64,000 bases of DNA from an uncultured Afipia sp. (GTDB lineage Bacteria > Pseudomonadota > Alphaproteobacteria > Rhizobiales > Xanthobacteraceae), in NCBI GenBank assembly GCA_964594185.1, contig CAZQMD010000001.1, positions 1,585 to 65,584 on the forward strand, given 5' to 3'. The position numbers were made by a program, and so were the translations under genes. The notes beneath the pieces are model-generated. The model was not told the origin of the DNA. It saw only the letters and a program-made list of their open reading frames with translations, and did no database searches. Below are positions 58,407 through 64,000 of the stretch, one piece after another. Position 1 is the first letter of the stretch. Every line of letters begins with the position of its first letter.

Positions 58407-58994
58407 CTACGCCGTCAACTCCATTGTCTCGAAATCCGCCGGCAGAATCACTTCCAGCAGTTCGCACTCATCGGAGTAATCGCGGATCAAGTGCCTGATG
58501 CGCGGCGGCTGCGTCCAGCAGCTACCCTCGCGCATCAGGATTTCGCCCTGGCCTTCCAGATAGGTCTTCACCCATCCCTTAAGGACGTAGACCATCTGGA
58601 ATTCGACATCGTGCAGATGCAGCTTGGAGACTTCCTGCGGATTGCATGGACCGATCAGGCGAATGACATGGGCACGCGCAAGGCCGTGCGTTCCTTTCGC
58701 GATGCCAAGATCGCGATACTCGGCATAAGCGCGCAGGCCGTCGGCCTTGAAATCTTCCTCGCGATGATGGCTGACCACGAAACGCTGCTTCGGACGCGCG
58801 GCCTTCGCTGCGCTTCGCGCCGGCGCTACACGCGGCTTGCGAGCCGCTGCCTTGGATGCGGATGCAGCGGGCCTCTTGCGCGGCGTGGATTTTTTCACAG
58901 CGGCAGTATGCGCCGCCGATCGGGCCTTTGCCGGTTTCGATTTGGCCGCTTTCGATTTGGCCGATTTTGTTTTAGCCGACTTCCTTTGAGCCAT
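58407..58994 (-). CDS. Cupin-domain protein with Lys/Ala-rich N-terminal extension
   Basis: H.H..EFQMVYVLKGW and PPRIRH motifs; AKSK repeats. Confidence 0.8.
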   Translation of the reverse strand: MAQRKSAKTKSAKSKAAKSKPAKARSAAHTAAVKKSTPRKRPAASASKAAARKPRVAPARSAAKAARPKQRFVVSHHREEDFKADGLRAYAEYRDLGIAKGTHGLARAHVIRLIGPCNPQEVSKLHLHDVEFQMVYVLKGWVKTYLEGQGEILMREGSCWTQPPRIRHLIRDYSDECELLEVILPADFETMELTA

Positions 58995-59093
58995 GAACGC
59001 CTCCCCTTGCCCGCCGTCTCAAGGACGGCGCGGCCAGCGAAGGTTAGCCACTGACAGCCCGCCGGACAATCCGGCAGCGCTGTCCCAAAAGCC

Positions 59094-59393
59094 TCAATGC
59101 AGCCGGAACACGCCGTCGATGGCCTTGATCTCCGCCGGCTTGATCAGCTTGGAATGCGCCACGGTGACGGACACCAGCGGTCCTTCCAGCTTGTCCTGCC
59201 AGAAGGCGAGAAAGTCCTTCAGCGCGGGAAAGTTCGGGAACAGATCGTAGTTCTGCCAGACGTAGGACTGCAGCAGCCAGCGGTGGTCGGGGCGCCGGTA
59301 GAGAATTTCGGCCGTCGTCAGGCCGTAACCGGCAAGTTGCCGTTTGAAGTCCTCGGAGACGTTGCCCCGAGGAACGGTCGTATTCGAGACCAT
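59094..59393 (-). CDS. usg: Usg family protein
   Basis: GYGLTTAEILYRRPDHRWLLQSYVWQNYD motif. Confidence 0.9.
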   Translation of the reverse strand: MVSNTTVPRGNVSEDFKRQLAGYGLTTAEILYRRPDHRWLLQSYVWQNYDLFPNFPALKDFLAFWQDKLEGPLVSVTVAHSKLIKPAEIKAIDGVFRLH

Positions 59394-59471
59394 CAGAACC
59401 TCCTTAAGCGGAGGCGATCGGCAAACAGTGGCAAACCGGCTTTTGTCGAACGCTCTCGCACCTGCTCTCTG

Positions 59472-59572
59472 AGGGCATTTTCTGGCGGCGAACCGGAATT
59501 CCACTTCGCCGGAAAAGGCCCTGTTGAGCGCGACAGTCGCGAACCGGATTCCACGTCGCGACCAAACGCGCT
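59472..59572. repeat. Tandem degenerate palindromic elements (AACCGG..TCCAC type)
   Basis: Two units sharing GCGAACCGGA(A)TTCCAC; first bounded by AGGGCATTTTC/GAAAAGGCCCT. Confidence 0.55.
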
Positions 59573-59646
59573 TGAGGAAAAGTCTCACGCAGTACAGAGG
59601 TTCATCTCAAGCCTAAATGTTAAATAAAGTGTTGCCTATCCGGGCA

Positions 59647-59673
59647 CTGGCAGCATCGCCCGGCGAGTGCTGA
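59647..59673. promoter_or_regulatory. CIRCE-like element upstream of usg
   Basis: CTGGCAGCA-N9-GAGTGCTGA versus consensus TTAGCACTC-N9-GAGTGCTAA. Confidence 0.45.
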
Positions 59674-59685
59674 TAGGGTCGCGGA

Positions 59686-60372
59686 TCAACTCGTCCGGAT
59701 CGTGAATTCGTTGCCGCGTCCAGTCTCAAACGGCAGCGGCAGCGAGAGATAGCCATTGCGTGGATCGCGCACATAGTCGATGTAGCCCGGCGCTTCCTCG
59801 AATGCGTTCTCGCCGACGATCAGCGCGCCGGGTTTCAGATGCGGCTCCAGCACCTTGAGAACGGAAAGATAGAGCGTGAAGGCTCCGTCGAGCATCACCA
59901 TGTCGATGTTGCTGCCGACGCCGCCTTCGAGTGTCTTGCGTGCATCGCCGACACGAAACTCGACAAACTCCGCAAGCCCGGCGGCAGCGACATTCGCACG
60001 CGCACGCTCGACCTTGCCGAGCTCCAGATCGGTTCCGATCACGCGGCCGCCGCCCATGTCGCGCAGCGCTGCGGCTAGATAGATGGTGGAAACACCCATC
60101 GACGAACCGAACTCGACAATGCATGTCGGCTTGCAGGCGCGGACGCACATATAAAGAAATCGTCCGAAGACAGGTGAGACGCTCAGGAAATTTCCTGCAA
60201 GCTCACGATAGACTGCGGCCACGTCCCTGGTTTCGGCTTGCAGAAATTCGCCGAGAATTTCCTCGCGGCCCTTGTTCATGACCGTTTGCATCAGCGGCGA
60301 GTCGGCCGCTTCGGCTTCGCGGTGAAGGCGTGCAAGAACATCCGCGACAAGACCGCTGCTGAGTGAATTCAT
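59686..60372 (-). CDS. SAM-dependent O-methyltransferase
   Basis: VEFGSSMGVSTIYLA, GDA and LKPGALIV motifs. Confidence 0.85.
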   Translation of the reverse strand: MNSLSSGLVADVLARLHREAEAADSPLMQTVMNKGREEILGEFLQAETRDVAAVYRELAGNFLSVSPVFGRFLYMCVRACKPTCIVEFGSSMGVSTIYLAAALRDMGGGRVIGTDLELGKVERARANVAAAGLAEFVEFRVGDARKTLEGGVGSNIDMVMLDGAFTLYLSVLKVLEPHLKPGALIVGENAFEEAPGYIDYVRDPRNGYLSLPLPFETGRGNEFTIRTS

Positions 60373-60465
60373 GTTGGGCTCCCTGCCATGTGCCGGCGCA
60401 AAGCGCAGGCGTCGGAGCTTCAATACAGAACCGTCCCTCCGGCCGCATTCCGCGAACGGGACATT

Positions 60466-61188
60466 CTATTGCGATTTCCGGTCACGCCCACCCGATGCCC
60501 GCCGCGCTTCAATGCCGCCAAGAATGAGATCGATCCCGGCAACGAAATCCGCGCGGTCGTCGTGAATTCGCATCGGCCCGGCAAGACTGCGCACAGACGG
60601 AAACCGGTCCGGATCGAGCTGGGACCATTGCGCCGCCACCGCTTCCAGAAAATCGGATCGGACGAGGCCGCGCGTTCGGGCAAACTGCCCGTTGGCCGCG
60701 TTCCGTCCGCCGACACCGAGAATGTAGTTCAGCAGAGCGGACACAGTGGCCCACAGTTCATTGTCCGGCACGCCAAGAGCGCGGACCTCGCGCGTCATCA
60801 CCTCGACCACGCGCACGACGGGCAATTCTCCCGGTGCGCGCATCAGGGCCGAACCGATCCATGGATGCGCGTCGATGGCATCGAACATACCGAGCGCGAG
60901 GGCATGAATTGTCGCGTCCGGCGATGCACCGGCCGGGTAGTCGCTCATGATGCGGGCAACAACCGCGTCGCAGGCCGCTGTCAGCAGATCGCTCTTGCTG
61001 GCGACGTGCCAGTAAATCGCGCCGGGGCCTGTGGCCAGCCGCTCCGACAAGGCGCGGAATGTCAGGCCGTCCTCCCCGCTGGAGTCCAGCAGATCGATCG
61101 CCGCCTCGATAATGCGGTCCCGCGAGAGCGAATCCTCGCGCCGGGGGCTGCTGCGTTTCTTTGGGCTGGTACGTGTTTTTTTCGCCAT
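60466..61188 (-). CDS. TetR family transcriptional regulator (TetR_C-type)
   Basis: LSRDRII.AA..LLD..G...LTFRALSERL...PGAIYWHV HTH. Confidence 0.9.
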   Translation of the reverse strand: MAKKTRTSPKKRSSPRREDSLSRDRIIEAAIDLLDSSGEDGLTFRALSERLATGPGAIYWHVASKSDLLTAACDAVVARIMSDYPAGASPDATIHALALGMFDAIDAHPWIGSALMRAPGELPVVRVVEVMTREVRALGVPDNELWATVSALLNYILGVGGRNAANGQFARTRGLVRSDFLEAVAAQWSQLDPDRFPSVRSLAGPMRIHDDRADFVAGIDLILGGIEARRASGGRDRKSQ

Positions 61189-61206
61189 GGCCCATTCTGC
61201 CATAAA

Positions 61207-61242
61207 TGGAACATCATTCCAATAGATTGGAACGTCATTCCA
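61207..61242. promoter_or_regulatory. Tandem TetR-type operators
   Basis: TGGAACATCATTCCA (61207-61221) and TGGAACGTCATTCCA (61228-61242): TGGAA-N5-TTCCA palindromes 21 bp apart between divergent genes. Confidence 0.75.
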
Positions 61243-61300
61243 TTGATCACCGGAGCGGCCTCCACGGGTTCGGCCCGGCGACACGACGAAAGACATCACG

Positions 61301-62437
61301 ATGACTGCTCACATCACCATCATCGGCGCCGGGCTCGGCGGCCTGACGCTCGCACGCGTCCTTCACCGGCACGGCATCCCGTCCACGATTTACGAGGCGG
61401 AAACCTCTCCGGATGCGCGCGGCCAGGGCGGCCTGCTCGATATTCACGACTACAACGGCCAGCTCGCCCTCAAGGATGCAGGCCTCTACGACAAATTCCT
61501 CGGCCTCATCCAGCACGGCGCCGACGCCAAACGAATCTGCGACAAGGACGGCAAGATCCTGTTCGACCGGCCCGACAACGGCAACGGCAGCCGCCCCGAG
61601 GTCGACCGAGGCGAGCTGCGCCGGATTCTCCTCGAGTCGCTTCCCAAGGAGACAATCGTCTGGGGCCATAAACTCACCGCGGTGTCCGCGCTCGGGGGCG
61701 GACGACATCAAGTGACTTTCGCCAACGGTGTGTCTGTCACCACCGATCTTCTGGTCGGCGCGGACGGCGCGTGGTCGAAGGTTCGCCCGCTTCTCTCCAG
61801 TGTGAAGCCCGCCTATGTCGGCACGTCCTTTATCGAGACCCGTCTGTTCGATGGCGATACCCGCCACAAGCCGAGCGCGGATGCGGTCGGCGGCGGCACA
61901 CTGATGGCGGTGGCGCCCGGCAAGGGCATTTTCGCGCATCGCTATGCCAACGGCAATCTGCACACCTATGTGTCGCTCAACAAACCCGAGGACTGGATCG
62001 CCCGCATCGACTTCGCCGATCCGCTGAATGCACTGGCGCGCATTGCCGAGGAATTCGACGGCTGGGCGCCGCAACTGACGGCGCTGATCACCGAGGGAGA
62101 GACCGAACCGGTGCTGCGCCTGATCCATGCGCTCCCGATCGGACACAGTTGGGATCGCGTGCCCGGTGTGACGCTGATCGGCGATGCCGCCCACCTGATG
62201 TCGCCATTCGCCGGTGAAGGGGCCAACCTTGCACTTTATGACGGCGCTGAACTCGCCAAGGCCATTATTGCCAGCCCCGACAATATCGAGGCTGCACTCG
62301 CAGCCTATGAAACGGAGATGTTTCCGCGCAGCGCCACCGTTGCCGCCGAGACGGACAAGAACCTCAAGCTGTTCGTCAACAAGAACTCACCGCAAAGCGT
62401 GGTCGACCTGTTCACCGGATTTCAGACCGTCGCATAG
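61301..62437 (+). CDS. FAD-dependent monooxygenase, TetX-like family
   Basis: [27 protein letters not shown] and [16 protein letters not shown] motifs. Confidence 0.85.
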   Translation: MTAHITIIGAGLGGLTLARVLHRHGIPSTIYEAETSPDARGQGGLLDIHDYNGQLALKDAGLYDKFLGLIQHGADAKRICDKDGKILFDRPDNGNGSRPEVDRGELRRILLESLPKETIVWGHKLTAVSALGGGRHQVTFANGVSVTTDLLVGADGAWSKVRPLLSSVKPAYVGTSFIETRLFDGDTRHKPSADAVGGGTLMAVAPGKGIFAHRYANGNLHTYVSLNKPEDWIARIDFADPLNALARIAEEFDGWAPQLTALITEGETEPVLRLIHALPIGHSWDRVPGVTLIGDAAHLMSPFAGEGANLALYDGAELAKAIIASPDNIEAALAAYETEMFPRSATVAAETDKNLKLFVNKNSPQSVVDLFTGFQTVA

Positions 62438-62440
62438 CGA

Positions 62441-63262
62441 TCATGCCGCGAGACGGCGTTCCGCCAGATAGCGCGCGGGCGGCTTTCCGAGCGCTTTCCG
62501 AAACATCGTGACGAAAGCACTCGCGCCCTCATAGCCGAGATCGAGCGCCACGGTCTGGACCGATGCGCCCTGATCGAGACGCTGCAAGGCAACGAGGATG
62601 TGCAACTGCTGGCGCCAGCGGCCGAAGCTCATGCCGGTCTCGCGTTTCAAAACGCGGGTCAGCGTGCGCGGGGCGACGGCGATGCGGCGGCCCCAGTCCT
62701 CGATGGTCGCGCGGTCGGATGGATCGGCCATCATCGCCGCCGCGATCCTGCGCAGCTTGGCGTCGGCCGGCATCGGAAAGTTCAGCTTCTCGACGGGGGC
62801 CACGGACAACTGATCGAGCAGCACCGCCGCGATCCGGCCATCCGCGCCATCGACGTTGTACAGCACCGGCATGTCGGTCGCGTGCAGCACCAGCCGCTCC
62901 AACAGTGGCGAGATCGACAGCGTGCAGCACTGTCCGGGCAGCGCCGCCGCCGCATCCGGAGCGGCGAACAGGCAATAGACCTCGACATGTCCTGAAACGG
63001 TGATGCTGTGGGGGACATTGCCGGGAATCCACACCGCGCAGCGCGGCGGCACGATCCAGACACCGTGGTCGGCTTCGCACCTGACGATGCCCCGCAGGGT
63101 CAGAAAAAGCTGGCCCTTGCGATGCGCATGCATCGGCATCTCGACACCCTTCGTGACCATCGCGCCGCCAAAGGCCGCGATGGCGCGGGGCACGTCATCG
63201 GGATCGAAGCCCGCGTCATCGACGCTGGGAAGCTGGTTGTCGTCGGGGCGATAGAACGGCAT
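62441..63262 (-). CDS. AraC family regulator (cupin plus HTH, NimR-like)
   Basis: HAHRKGQL, AVWIPG and ETGMSFGRWRQQ..LGY..SAF motifs. Confidence 0.9.
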   Translation of the reverse strand: MPFYRPDDNQLPSVDDAGFDPDDVPRAIAAFGGAMVTKGVEMPMHAHRKGQLFLTLRGIVRCEADHGVWIVPPRCAVWIPGNVPHSITVSGHVEVYCLFAAPDAAAALPGQCCTLSISPLLERLVLHATDMPVLYNVDGADGRIAAVLLDQLSVAPVEKLNFPMPADAKLRRIAAAMMADPSDRATIEDWGRRIAVAPRTLTRVLKRETGMSFGRWRQQLHILVALQRLDQGASVQTVALDLGYEGASAFVTMFRKALGKPPARYLAERRLAA

Positions 63263-63545
63263 GGCGGGCGACGGATGATCCGGAGGCGATTGACCGGATC
63301 TGACAATATTCCCCCGGGATTTCGCTGTTCAACACGAAAGCCTCTAATCCGGTGCGGACCGCGCCAGCCGCGACTCTTCCATCCCCTGACGGGCAGATGA
63401 CGCCGGGCCCCCCGGCCGGAATATCCCGCTTGCCCGGCGTTAACGCTGGAGCAAAAATTGGCAGCCGTCACATCAGACTGCCAATTTTTCTGCTACAGAC
63501 CCTTGCCCGGCGCCCGCCGTGGGCCTATGTCCCTTTCAGTCACGC

Positions 63546-63572
63546 CTAGCACTCGCTGGTCCTGACTGCTAA
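63546..63572 (+). promoter_or_regulatory. CIRCE element (HrcA operator) of groES
   Basis: CTAGCACTC-N9-GACTGCTAA. Confidence 0.85.
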
Positions 63573-63615
63573 ATTTTCGAAAACACAAGCATCATCAATC
63601 TATTAGGAGGACTGC

Positions 63616-63930
63616 ATGAAATTCCGTCCGCTTCACGACCGCGTCGTGGTCAAGCGTATCGACGCCGAAGAGAAGACTGCTGGCGGCATCATCATTCCGG
63701 ACAGCGCCAAAGAGAAGCCCTCCCAGGGTGAAATCCTTTCGGTGGGTCCGGGCGGCCGCGACGAGGCCGGCAAGCTGATCCCGATCGACCTCAAGGTCGG
63801 CGACATCGTCCTGTTCGGCAAGTGGTCCGGCACCGAGGTCAAGATCGACGGCCAGGAAGTGCTGATCATGAAGGAAAGCGACATCATGGGCGTCATCACC
63901 GAGACCGGCGCCAAGAAGAAGGCCGCCTAA
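63616..63930 (+). CDS. groES: Co-chaperonin GroES
   Basis: [28 protein letters not shown]. Confidence 0.98.
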   Translation: MKFRPLHDRVVVKRIDAEEKTAGGIIIPDSAKEKPSQGEILSVGPGGRDEAGKLIPIDLKVGDIVLFGKWSGTEVKIDGQEVLIMKESDIMGVITETGAKKKAA

Positions 63931-63944
63931 GCCACGCCATTAGC

Positions 63945-63987
63945 CTCATCCTGAGGAGCCGGCGCAGCCGGCGTCTCGAAGGATGAG
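63945..63987. repeat. REP-like element, family D (CTCATCCTGAGGAG...TCTCGAAGGATGAG)
   Basis: Palindromic unit immediately after groES. Confidence 0.7.
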
Positions 63988-64000
63988 ACCCACGACCATC

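Overview
GC-rich alphaproteobacterial chromosome segment (gene content and REP families look Afipia/Bradyrhizobium-like; inference). Housekeeping and metabolic genes occupy about 1-14.6 kb and 44-64 kb. Between them lies a 29,154-bp integrative mobilizable island (14705-43866) bounded by an 8-bp TTTTAAGT duplication. The island sits in the anticodon loop of the host tRNA-Leu(UAA), and neither junction repairs that gene: the 5' half is at 43859-43897 and the 3' half at 14657-14712. Instead the island carries its own complete tRNA-Leu(UAA) gene directly downstream of the integrase. This copy has its own promoter and a 252-nt group I intron inserted in the anticodon, exactly inside the integration core sequence. 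Next comes a tightly coupled five-gene defence operon: SNF2 helicase, 61-aa protein, Rad50/RloC-like zinc-hook ATPase with a C-terminal HEPN-like motif, type III Mod and Res. The island also has a MOBQ relaxase with oriT, a leading region with long ssDNA hairpins, an atypical VirD4, an AbiE toxin-antitoxin pair, a two-component/PepSY/COG4705 module and an MFS transporter. The flanks include cysE, gpt, a MetE-core methionine synthase, the ATP-grasp/alpha-E/transglutaminase/Anbu operon, APH(6)-like and TetX-like genes, usg and groES with CIRCE elements, and several REP families. All protein calls come from motif recognition by eye; no searches were run.
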